Source: Haplodiscus bocki
Lineage: Eukaryota
NCBI GenBank assembly: GCA_965655095.1
Contig: OZ296659.1
Coordinates: 64,108,001-64,172,000, forward strand
Direction: 5' to 3'
DNA length: 64,000 nt
The translations under genes and the position numbers were made by a program. This document shows, piece by piece, positions 53,032 to 64,000 of this stretch. Every line of letters starts with the position of its first letter. Positions within the stretch are counted from its first letter, which is position 1. The notes under the pieces are model-generated. The model saw only the letters and a list, made by a program, of their open reading frames with translations. It ran no database searches and was not told the DNA's origin.

Positions 53032-53953
53032 TTGTCCAATTTTTTTCGAAGTCCTATCAACCTCTGGCAGCTATATTTTCTAGGGCTTTTATTTAAATAC
53101 TTCCTTGAATAATTTTCATTAGTTTTCACTTGAAATTTCATAACTATATCATTTGAAGGATTCTGTTTAGTTGAAAATATATGAGTGTCATGTCAGATTT
53201 TTAGCCTTATTTGATGTCGAATCAACGCCAGATAACACATCGTTCTGAAAAGTTACTAATATTGTGATGAAAATTTTCATTCGGAATTACTGATAAAATT
53301 GGTTATAATATTAAATTTGAGTTTATCTCTTATTTGATTTACATACAACAAAATTATATATTTTCATAATTACACTTTCGCTAGCAAATGTTATACCACC
53401 GAATTTTGCTCTTTTTTCTCCCATCCGTTCACAACTCGCACAAGTTGACCAAAGAGGAGATGGACTGGTCAATGCTCGAACCAGTGATTTTTGCGGCGCA
53501 GCCAAATGCTCTACTGACTGCCATTGCCGCTTGAGAATCAGTGCTTTTCTTCAATACCGAGCAGATGAAATAGTTTGTGTTTATTGTCGCGTTAGACCTA
53601 ACGCTAAACATTAATTGAGGTAAAAATTTAAGCTAACATTCAAAAGTGTTGACGGTTGTAGGAATATATAAGGAATCTAAAAAGCTGACGGAATAATCGA
53701 AAGGATGGGATTGCACAAATTCTTCGAACAATAAATCTAATTGCATCGTAAAGTACCGTTCCCCCATTGGCCCCATCTGCTAACATGCTTGATATAAGCC
53801 ATTTTCCTATTCGTTGAATGATATGGCAGCACATTGTCATTTTGTAGTCGGTGTGCGCAATCAGCTTGATTATAATTTCCCTTTCCCGCTCAACAGACGG
53901 AACTCCTCACTGCTTTTCTAACTTGCTCTCCTCTCTTTTTGCTCTCCTCGTTA

Positions 53954-54200
53954 CTCTTCCTGGGCAGTTATTGTAAGTCCAACTTCGCTCTTCCTGGACA
54001 GATTTTAAGTCCATCTCAATTCCTCCCAATTTTTTTCACACGATTTATTTTCTTGTCGCAGCCGCAGTTTCACTTCATTTCCTCCAAAAAGTTATTCAAA
54101 ACGATTCAAATTCTTGTCTCAGTCGCATTTCCACTTCAGTCTCAGAAATTTTTTGAGACAATTTAATTGATTGTTTGAGCCGCAACTTGCTTCTATTTCT
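53954..54200. repeat. Degenerate local direct repeats (2 x ~34 bp, then 2-3 x ~60 bp)
   Basis: CTCTTCCTGG(G/A)CAG..TAAGTCCA occurs at 53954 and 53988. CGATT....TTCTTGTC(G/T)CAG(C/T)CGCA.TT.CACTTCA occurs at 54041 and 54102, with a weaker third copy near 54160. Confidence 0.6.
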
Positions 54201-54959
54201 TTCGCAAGTTAGAGAACAGCTTTCCCGAAACAAAATCATGCTAATCAATCGACTCTATCGACGGTAACCGTTTTTTGCAAGTATCGTTAGTCCCGAATGA
54301 GTTTGCCTCTCTGGTGAATTTTTTTCTCAATATAAACCCAGACGTGAAATACCCTTAGTTTTCCGACGAAATGTCCTAAACTGATAAACTCATGATTTTT
54401 CATCTTTTGCGGGTTAACTGACAAATCGTTTGTGATATCACAGGATGGGGTAATTATTCTCTCCGACCATAAAATCTACCCTGCACAAAATCCGCTAGAC
54501 CACCGTCTCTTGTAGAAAAAGGGAAGAATGTAAGAGACTTAAGCCAGTAGCATTTGTGTAGCATGGTTTTGGTGTTTAGATAAATCTTAAACAATGTAGA
54601 AGGGTAAAATTTATATAATCTCCCTTTTCGAACTCACAGCTTGATCTTGATACCTTGATTGCTGAACGAGTAACGGACCATAAGAGATCTGTCTCGGTAG
54701 ACTGAGAATTCTGTGATACCAGTGTATATTAGAGATGAAAACCGACATCACGGCTGCATCTCAATCGTTGAATGATCGCGAGAGAATCCAATGATCCTAA
54801 CCGGTTGATGGTGAACCGCCAGTAACCGCGTGTATACAAAAGGATAATATTTTTATCACATAAATAAAAGCAAAATGAAACTAACAAAACTGAAAAAGAA
54901 AGTGTTAGAAAAACGATTTTTCAATATTTCTTCGTGCCCAAATTTCCAGGAAACATCCG

Positions 54960-54993
54960 CCCACCCCCTCCCTCCCCCCCCCCCCCCCCCCCC
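54960..54993 (-). repeat. Poly-C tract (C20 plus interrupted C runs), potential G-quadruplex on the minus strand
   Basis: CCCACCCCCTCCCT followed by 20 C (54974-54993). Confidence 0.85.
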
Positions 54994-56748
54994 AAGAAAA
55001 CTCGTATTGACTTAAACAGCTTCCAGAAGTCTGTGGAAGGTACTTTTCAATTTTTTTATTTGAGTCAGATGCTGTTCTGATTCTGATAACTTTGTTGATT
55101 TTGTAACAGTGTTTATTTCGGCCAATTCGATTGTTTCTCATTTCAGAAAGAATCTTGGGACTATTCTAGACTCATTGCTTGTAAATTACACGATTGCTTA
55201 CTTTTGAAAATTACTTACTGAAAAACTGAAGAATAATATTCGCAAGTTTTTGCAAACGACTCGATGTGACTTTAAAGTAAGACCGGACGGTTGTATCCCT
55301 TGTTCCCCCTTCTCATTTTTTTCCCGCTGAATCGGTCCCCTCATTTTGCGCAGTTGCATTTCATTTCAAAGGTTTTCATTTTCAGACTCATTAATTGATT
55401 ATCTCATTTCTATTCCCATTTCTTCGCCCATAAGTTCTTGGCACTTGAATTCACGCAACATTTGTCCTCGCTACTTAGCAGGGCACTGAAAGTAGTAATG
55501 TAAAAGAGTAAGGTTCTCGAGATTTTCATCCTCTTTACACAAAACAATTGCCACATGGTCCCCGCTGAGTTAACTTAGACAGCAAACAGAAATAATAATG
55601 TGCCGTTCTGAGCGAGACTGAAAAAAAACTGAATGAAAGTTTCAATTCTTTTCGTTTTTCCATGCGTCGGGCGATAAATTGGTGCGAACTCTGCGGCTCA
55701 TTTTTCTTTGAAGGGTTTTCTTGCAAATTAAATATTCCTGCATTGGATTAGTTGCCAAAGTCTAGATGAAGCGGACAGTTTTGATTTTTTGTTGATTTTT
55801 CATCTATAATCGTAAAAATGATAAGTTTCAGTTCCATTAGACAGCAGTAAACTTCACAGATCTACAAAAACTTCTAAGCTGAATGGAGCGCCGAGGATGG
55901 AACGTTGTCATGAATCAATAAAAAGCATTAACGGGATAAATGATGAATAAATTGAAGTCTTTAAAACTACTCCTTTCGAAAACTATCAGGTTGTAATCCT
56001 ATTTTATAATTCCTGAGCTCAGTGGGAATAGCCTTTAAAAAGGCTCGATGAAATGTACTACAGATCACTTAGAAGATGTTGGTTTTCCTCGGAGATCGTC
56101 CAACTAAAGCTCCAGTTTGACATTATGTGCAAATTGCTTTCGCACCCTGTTGTCTGCTAAAGACAAACCAGTAACACCGGCAACCTCCAGTGGCCACATA
56201 GCAAATTAGACAAAGTCGATGGCGTCCTTTGTGCTCTTGGATGCCAAATTCCCTCCCGACTTCATCGTTTATTTTTTCTCCTTCGTTTTATTCATTGTCG
56301 AAGTTGATGATAAGGGGAAACACTGAGCAAGATTGAAATGGAATCATTGGCTCAGTTTCTTTCATGATTTAGGTGCCAGCAAGTGTGTGAACAAGTTCTC
56401 TCACCGCACAGTTTGCAGCTTAAAATTTCAATAATGAACTTTTCAACATAGATTGTCTATCGAATAAGAAATGCAGATCACTTTTTCAACGTTCGTGATA
56501 GCTGACATTACAGCAGCAGAATAACCATTTCACAAACTATAATACTTTTACAAATTATTAGTAAGCATAGTTCTTGAAATAAATATCCCTTTATCAGTCT
56601 TTCATTATGATTGTTTCTTTCATTTATAATTTTTGAAATTTCAGTATACTTTGGCCTAATTACTCTAATTGAGTAAGCGTAATAAATCCCCGCCGACGCT
56701 AATCCGTAAGTGGTGGAACTATTTTAACTCCTGGTCCAGCTAAGAAAA

Positions 56749-56830
56749 GCTGCCCTGGCGCCGCGGATACGACCGACGGCCGGATATATTTTGCACTCCG
56801 TTCGGGCAGGTTTGAATTCCGCTGACAGAC
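56749..56830 (+). pseudogene. Degenerate tRNA-like sequence / SINE head
   Basis: A-box-like TGGCGCCGCGG at 56756 and T-arm-like GCAGG-TTTGAAT-TCCGC (56806-56822) lie at tRNA spacing. The acceptor stem is poor and no anticodon arm is clear. Confidence 0.3.
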
Positions 56831-58821
56831 CTCGTCTTCTCCCCCACCCCGCCTCCCTCTTCTGCTGCCTTATATACTTCGCTAGATGTTTAGCTATTCG
56901 GCTGTGTCATTTCTCCACAACCTTCTTTTCCATTTTTTATCGCAGCACTGTATGCTGCTGTTTTGTAATTTATCTGAGAAGATACGCAGTTGTCGAAATT
57001 TTATCTTTAAAACACAATTTAATTTATGTAAAGAATTCTATAAATTTAACGCCAAAAAACAAGCGAGATTTTGATTTTTGTTGAGAAATATTTTAAACTG
57101 GGTGATATTGACAAAGGAATGTGAAAGTGGATCTTGGAGCTTCTCTGTTCATTCTCCCCTCTCCACTTGGAAACGGACTGATAGGCCGAACTTCACTTAT
57201 GTGTGAGTTAAACGATTAGGCCGCTTATTTATTCGGACATCCACAATTAACAGAAAAGATTTCGGAAGTAACTTTTACGGAAAGCGAATGCTGTAAAGCT
57301 CTTGTGGTTGTATTTTCTACTATTTGATTTTTGCTTTTCACGGCCCCAAGTTTATTCTGAAGGGTGTGCTAAATGTCAAATGCATTTGATTGATCCGTCT
57401 AATTGTGGTCAGAGTTTCGAATTGTATAGACAGCTCAATTGATTCAATTCAGTACCCACCAATCTTGTTGAATTACGAGTATATTCAAAAGTAATGCCAT
57501 TGTTTTTCCATTTTCGCAATTCGAGACGTATCAATGCAAGTTAGGCAGCAACGTTCCGTTGATGTCTTTGGTTCATTTTGATATCGATCATAATTTTGGT
57601 CAGAAATATCTATTCTGATAGAAAAAAATCTTTGCAAAAGTTCTGGTGCCTTTTCACCGTGGTCGGTGAACAGTTGTGCAGCAATATCGAATATAAATTG
57701 ACGAGATTTATGTGCGGCAATTCCGTAATGCAGTTTTTCAGATACTTGTAAACTTTGGATGTAGTGCAATATAGTATGTATATAAATATTAGTATTTTGA
57801 AATCTGAATAAATTAGATTTGTTTGTTCCGTTTTCTATCTAGATCAACCGAGTGATTGAAATTATTGAAATCTAAAACTTTGTTCTTGGTCGTCTCTGTC
57901 TGGCTTCTCGGAAAGTGTTTATATTGTGTTCAATCGTAGCCGTATTTTCCTCCAAACCTGACAATTATTTGAATAAATTTCTTCAAATTGTGCTCTAAGA
58001 ACAAAACTGAAGAAATTCTCAAAAGAATGACCGGGCCACATCATTTGCTCTTCGTTATAGGCTCTGGTCAGCGCAAGTACAGCCTGCCTTACTTGAGAAT
58101 ATGTATCGGCCTTTTCTGCACATTCTGATTGAAAGGAAGAATGTGCATTGAAACCGGCTTTTTTTATTGATGTTTTTTTTAATGATGTTTAAAAACGTGA
58201 CCGGTTGTCGGTAAAGATCTGTCAGAAATCTCGCAAATAATTCTAGATGGGAAGAGAATGCTAATGACACTTCAAATTCTTTTACTTACCCTTTTATAAT
58301 AATGGCTTCTACAGCAGTTTGAAAAGTTATCTCCCAAACAATTTGAAACAGAAAACGAAAGCAAAAATTGAAAGATTTATTTTTAAACATGTGTTTGCTA
58401 TTTTCGGTGTCAAAAACTCAACTTGTTTCCGTTTGCTTGTACAATGAAATGATACCATCATTCGAAAGATGTTGAAAGGCATCTTGTAAGCTTTTTTACT
58501 TAAAAAATACAATCAACCTCTACCAAAATGTTCAAAATGTCTAAAACACTAAATCCATTTTTTCGTTTTGGCCTGAAAATTTCCAAGGAAAAATTGTAAT
58601 CTACGTTGAATCTCAAGAATTTCCTGTTTGTTTTTACTTTCGTCAAACTAGTTCATTCCTTAATAAATCGTCAATTCCGAGTTATTCATTATGAAAGTTG
58701 AAGTGTAACAGTTTTGTCGCACTGTTTTAGAATGCGGCTATGTGCGGTGTAAATTGTTCATTTTTGCGGTAATTACACTGCAAATTTTTTAAGCCTTGGA
58801 CGGCAAAAATGGTGTAAGCTA

Positions 58822-59015
58822 AAAAACATGATTGATCACCGTTTCGAGTATGAGACACTGTGACAGGTACTTGTCTTAATTCATTTTTCCACAGTAAACT
58901 TTTGATTAACAGCCGGTTTTGTAGTTCTATAAGTGTCATTCTCATCTCCGACGATGATTTGAAATGTCTTTAATCTCAGCAGACAAGTCAGAATGTGTTC
59001 CAAAGTTCCGCTTCG
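58822..59015 (+). repeat. Diverged dispersed homolog of the array's right end and flank (51665-51886)
   Basis: There is a 23-nt exact match GACACTGTGACAGGTACTTGTCT (51701-51723 = 58854-58876), preceded by AAAAACATGATT in both. A second collinear block is GACAAGTCA..ATGTGTT....TTCC.CTTCG (51855-51886 vs 58982-59015). Confidence 0.75.
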
Positions 59016-59029
59016 CCAAGCTAACTATA

Positions 59030-59509
59030 CACCCAGTTCATTTTATAAACAACTTTACATCAGGTCTAGGGTAAACCGTGCCAGCAAATTGCTCGGATAA
59101 ACGCAATTCTAGGTAAATTTGTTGCTTAAGAATTGCTTAGAATTTCATAGAATCTAGGTTACGTTGCCTATTTTGGACAGAAAAATCCGCTCTATTCGAG
59201 ATTCGATCCAGGGTCCTAGGGGTCTAAAATAACATGTATTCAAGCTTAAACCACTGCGCCACCGGGATTCACGCATAGCTGTGTACGGACTGGACGCAGC
59301 GGGGATTTGAGCCCTTGTCTCTAATTGCGTGGTAAGCCCAGAACGCAGGAAAAATGGGCCAAAATTTGGTCAAAACGGGAAAAAGTTGACTCAACAGTGG
59401 TTTAATTTTGCCAAAGTTCCCTCCTGATTCTAGCCTACTCCTGTTGCTTCTGAATTGCTTAAAAAATGGGCCATTGCTAGGGTCTGTTGCTTATAAAATG
59501 AACTGGGTG
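59030..59509. mobile_element. 480-bp non-autonomous DNA transposon (MITE), TA target-site duplication, Tc1/mariner-superfamily-like
   Basis: 24-bp TIRs CACCCAGTTCATTTTATAAACAAC / GTTGCTTATAAAATGAACTGGGTG (23/24). TA flanks both ends (59028-59029, 59510-59511). No transposase ORF. Confidence 0.9.
59181..59268 (-). ncRNA. tRNA-derived Pol III cassette inside the MITE (not a functional tRNA)
   Basis: Minus strand shows a consensus A box TGGCGCAGTGG (59261-59251), a B box GGATCGAATCT (59209-59199) and TTTTT (59185-59181). The acceptor stem does not pair. Confidence 0.55.
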
Positions 59510-60479
59510 TATCACAATACAAAATTATTTTGGGAGTTACTTGTCCATTTTTGAATCGCCAGGTAGTTTTTATACTTTTGAGCTCTTCATAGTTTTAGCG
59601 AAATCGTAAAGCACTCTTTGTCGAGAAATAGAAAAGCTTCACGTAAAACAAACCAGTTAGGCATTGAAGCGCTGAGGTAAGTTAGCTATCAGGATATAAT
59701 GTGGGCAAAATTTAAAGGATCTTCTCATTTCGGATATTTTTGGTACACGCCACATTTTTGTATAAAATGTTTGCTTGACTCATTTATTAGGTTTTTCTGT
59801 GGTTCCTTCTTTCAAATCATGGGCAACAATTAATAGGTCCTCTGTGGCCCGTCTGTTGTCCAATCTATACTGACTGATTTTACCTGCTACTTAAAATGCA
59901 CAAATGAAAATATGTATTCTTCATTCGGCAAAGCGAGGGTCAAAGTTCTCTTGGGCAGAATGAAGCTAAAAACAAAAATTTCTGACAATGTTTTTGATTA
60001 ATCGATAACTTGCGTGACAGGTTGAACACAGATTAACTTTTGTATCTTTTGCTAACTTAACCGACTTTTTATGCTCGGTTTTACAATCTGAACAAAATAT
60101 CAGAAGGATATGCAAAGGCTTTCAAGTATTTTGTGCATTAATCATAACGAAATGTAGAAAGAGAAATGATTAAATTACGAGGTTCTGTTGACTAAATTGT
60201 CCTCGCTCGCATTTGCAGATTTGCAGCTGACCAATTATGATCAAGTTCCAATGACGAAGTATTAAAAAGTCATTTATGAGCTCAAAATTGCGATTTTACT
60301 CAAAAAAATATTATTTCATTGAAAATTATTTTATTTGGTGGTTAAAACTGTCATCTTTGATAATTAAATTATGCAATGATGTTGGCTAAATATAATATTT
60401 ACTTTGTATTTAATTTGGAAAACGAACTAAGAGAATTAAATTAAATGTAGAATGTGGAAAGTGGATAAATTGCGTCCAT

Positions 60480-60990
60480 GTTGCTTTGCTGGGATCCAGA
60501 GGATCAGTTTAGTAAAAGGGAAATCAACGGCGAATTTTGCTGTGTGGTGATTGGCTGAAATAGCAGTTGTAGTTGTGGTTGCAGTATTGGCGGTGTTTGT
60601 ACCGTGACTCGAATCTACATCAGTATTAATTCTGTCTTCGCTCCCTCGCTCTCTTTCTTTCCATTACTGGTGATAGGGCAACCAACAGCAAGTCAAGAGA
60701 GCGAAAGGAAAGGAAAGGCAACACAAACGAAGGCCTCTGTTGCTGGTGCTTTAGCTGTTTGATAATCCTGAAGACTTAGTGCAACTTTGTTACCTAACTG
60801 ATTCTGCTGCTGCAGCGATTGGCTTCTCAAAGCTTCTCAAGCAACTTTTCCCTTGAAAGCCGAGCAACGCAATTTGGGTTAGACGTTGGACCCTACCCTT
60901 ACTTTGTATTTTTTACAGCCTCCGCACCTCTGTTTATCTGAGCGAAGTATACCTCCTTGGCGAAAAAATTGTGCGTGTACTGCAACCGGT
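60480..60990. promoter_or_regulatory. Promoter/enhancer-like region with inverted CCAAT boxes and clustered RFX half-sites
   Basis: TGATTGGCTG at 60548-60557, ATTGG at 60586 and 60818, nine GCAAC/GTTGC pentamers in ~510 bp, locally higher GC and CT/GA tracts. Confidence 0.3.
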
Positions 60991-61882
60991 TAAATGGCAT
61001 ATTATCTTGCCGCGCGTTTTGATCTACCCCTGAAGTGAACAAGGCTCATCTCTTCTCTTGTTACTTTCTTGCTATTTGTGTTTTCACTTCTTTCTCTTTT
61101 CAACTATTTGTGCTAATACCTTTTTGTCTAAAATTACTAATTCTTCTCTCCAACTTTATAACATCCACAGTTGATGAAAGCGATTAATCTTAAGCCTCCC
61201 ATTTCGTACTTTATTCACGAGTCTTATTGTCTGTTTTTTTTTCATAAACCAACACTTTTTTGAAGGCTCCCTGTCCTGCTTGATACGTATTACTTTATAC
61301 CTACACACACTGGGCACTTGTTACGTATCACGGGAAACTTTTTTTAGTAAACACGCCCTTGACGAATTATCGAAATTGCAATTTAAAAAAGTATTATTAC
61401 AACCTTTCATTTTGAATCTGCATTTCTTTTCTACTTAACTTGACATTGCTCGATCTTCGCAACACATTCCAAGAAATGTTTGGCAAAAAAATCATGCAAG
61501 CAGCAACAATAATTGTCTAGTAATTGCTCCTTGTTAGATAAATTCCATTTCGGCTCAACTAACTGGAACAACTTTGCAATTCTCTGGCCTAACCTTACGT
61601 TACTAGTTCTTTTCAAAATAGACCCGTCTTTACCGCGAGAGCAGTTGACGCGATTTAGTGCAGCTTTTGTGTGAAGTGCTGATAAGTGTGTGTGCATCTA
61701 CAGAAAAATCCCCGAGGAACTATTGAGTGAGACATAAGCAGCACAATTCGGTATCTGAAACAGCTCCTTTCAAGAACTCTCTACCAAGAGGGGCCAGCTC
61801 TACTCCAAATATAAGACACCTTCGGACCAGGCCACGTGACAGTGTAGTGACATTTGAAAGTTATCTCTCTTTACTGATCGAA

Positions 61883-61964
61883 ATGCTTTCGACATTCTGC
61901 TTCCGCTTAGTCGTGGTAGCTCTGGCTGTAATAGAAACTCAGTGCCAGACACAGTCAAATAAAT
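61883..61964 (+). CDS. Possible first coding exon of a secreted or membrane protein (signal peptide)
   Basis: GAA-ATG start gives MLSTFCFRLVVVALAVIETQC-QTQSNK, with a hydrophobic core and a T-x-C cleavage pattern. It ends at a consensus donor T|GTGAGT (phase 1). A candidate upstream acceptor CATCTACAG lies at ~61703. No downstream exon was identified. Confidence 0.35.
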
Positions 61965-64000
61965 GTGAGTGCACCTAATTTAACCTGCATGTAGTTCGAC
62001 TTTTGTTTCTAGCGTTCTTCATCCTAAATTCAGTGATTTAAATTTCAAAATAGAAATGCAGATTTTTGTGGGCATTTCATGTGAACAAATGCATACGATG
62101 AACTTTACTGTGATAAATTTTTCAGTGAAAAGTTGTTAATTGAAAATTTTCCAAAACTATCAAGCCTCATTTATCATCTATCCGTTTTTTATATCAAGCT
62201 AAAATGGGGAATCTTCTAGAAGGTTTATGAAAATTTCATTGCAACCCCTTAAGCTGACTTTAATTTTTGCAATAAAAGTTTTGTGGTGTATTTTTCTACG
62301 ATCCTTTTTAGCACACATAAAAATACTTTTTTTTGCACAAATTTTGAATATGTGAAGCTATGTGTCAGCTACACTTTGAGAACAAATGTTTTGCGGAATG
62401 ATAAAATATTCAACACTGCAGGTAGAGCAGTAGTCAATATGGCAATCGTTTACACGCTCGAAATTTGAAGTGGTCATTGAAAAAAGAAAATATGCAGTAT
62501 CAGTGGTACCCATGGCTATCGGTATTCTCAAGAGTGCCATTATATCCTCGATCAAATTGGGATCCGTGTCTGAAACTTGCGCAAAAACAGTGCCATTTAC
62601 GGCTCTGACTGAATATAATTGCGCATGATGTCTCTCCAGAGACTTCATTGTGACCTGAGTGCCCAAATTTTAGTCTACTTCCACGGTGAATCGTGTGGAA
62701 AAAGTAATTGGATCGCGCTGGTGGCAGGGTCATCAAATTATCTATCGCCTTCCATCCTATCTATAGTAAGGGTTATCATGACTCGGTCATTACAAACTGT
62801 CCATTGCAAATGCGACAATTAGTTATTGGTGATGAGATCAGTGAATTAGTCAAATAGTTATAAGTTTCCATGGAATTTATGTGCGAAAAGGTGGCCATTA
62901 TTCAAATAATTGACGAGTCGAATGATTTAATGAATTGTGTGAAAAAAAATTGACCGAAAGAAAGGCATGAATTGTTTTCACTCTTGAATCATTCCGCTGC
63001 TGAAAAGGTTTGTTGAGCAATTAAAATTTTTAAACGATCAACAAAAATATGAAAATCGAGGAGCGTTAAAAAAAATCAGGATTGAAACATTTGACAACAA
63101 AACAGCATGAAAAATTTCATAATTTTAGGAACCGCGTCAAATGAAGTTGTCAACTCTGAAATACTTTTTACAAGTGTTAAAATTTAAGGTGATGGAAAAT
63201 ATTCCTGTTTCATTTTTGGCAAAACTCAATTCTTTCATCATTGTGGTAAGGTATCATTTGGAAAAATAATGTAAATTTTCTATCGAGTGTAATGAGATGC
63301 AGCTGTGAAAAATTGAAGTTGATGAAAATTGTATGTTCAGCTTTCGTCATTTTTTGCTCAATTTTTCTTTTAGCTATTTTCGGTAATATTCCAAAGTACT
63401 CAATAATTATTATCCATGGTAATTTTTAGTTTTTACTGCGTATCAATTTGAACAAGTACTCTTGAACAATACTTGATTGTATGCTCACTTATTACAAACT
63501 GCGGAAACTCAAACCAGATGCAGTTGCTCTAGTGTTTGAAGTCATCAATTGTGATCCTTCTCTAGTTTAATTTTGTCTTCAAAAAATTTGATGACAAAAT
63601 ATTACTAGTCTCGATCTTAATCATAGATGGAACTTTTTTTGAGGAGACAATATAGAATAAGGCTGTTTATTGTTATAATCGGTGTTTAAGTCCGCCGGAG
63701 CGTCAGGTCAGTTTTTAAGAAAGTAATGACAAAGTTTCTGCAATCAAATAAGAAGAACTCATTATGAGCAACTGCTAATTCCCTCCTTTAAGTAGAAGTT
63801 TCCTTTTTACACCTTTGATGAGTTGAAAAAATGTGACATATTTCCCGCAACAGGATTTAATGCAGGATGAAAAAGTGGATACGGTTTATAGTCAAAGATT
63901 AGCAGTCTTTGCCCGACATCTTGACGAAGGAGTGAGAAATCGACAAATTTGAGAGCTCAGGAATTCCGACTCTTTGCAAAGTCGGGCCATTGCTGATGAG

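Noticed and set aside
57485-57769. 94-aa minus-strand ORF
   Set aside because: Non-ATG start, no recognisable homology and no convincing splice sites.
62358-62822. Overlapping 67-102 aa ORFs as exon 2 of the signal-peptide gene or a separate gene
   Set aside because: No recognisable domain, no good pyrimidine-rich acceptor, and conflicting frames and strands.

Overview
This is AT-rich eukaryotic DNA, probably from an invertebrate animal. Positions 1-~51,763 are the right end of a large head-to-tail tandem array (macrosatellite) with 16 copies of a core block. About 8 near-identical ~2.79-2.83 kb monomers lie on the left. To the right are longer, more divergent composite units (~3.1-4.9 kb) with an extra ~315-375 bp block, 1,042-1,043 bp internal sub-duplications and mosaic conversion tracts. 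Almost all ORF-track entries there are repeated short ORFs rather than genes, although the monomer seems to carry a decayed minus-strand reading frame of unknown identity. About 390 bp past the array is a probable terminal exon of an invertebrate-type nicotinamidase/isochorismatase-family gene, with Ser in place of the catalytic Cys and no upstream exons recognisable in the window. The remaining ~11.5 kb is mostly non-coding. It holds a diverged single copy of the array's right-end sequence, a 480-bp TA-flanked MITE carrying a tRNA-derived Pol III cassette, a degenerate tRNA-like element, a poly-C/G4 tract, a CCAAT/RFX-rich promoter-like region and a possible signal-peptide first exon. All alignments were made by eye and no database search was possible.
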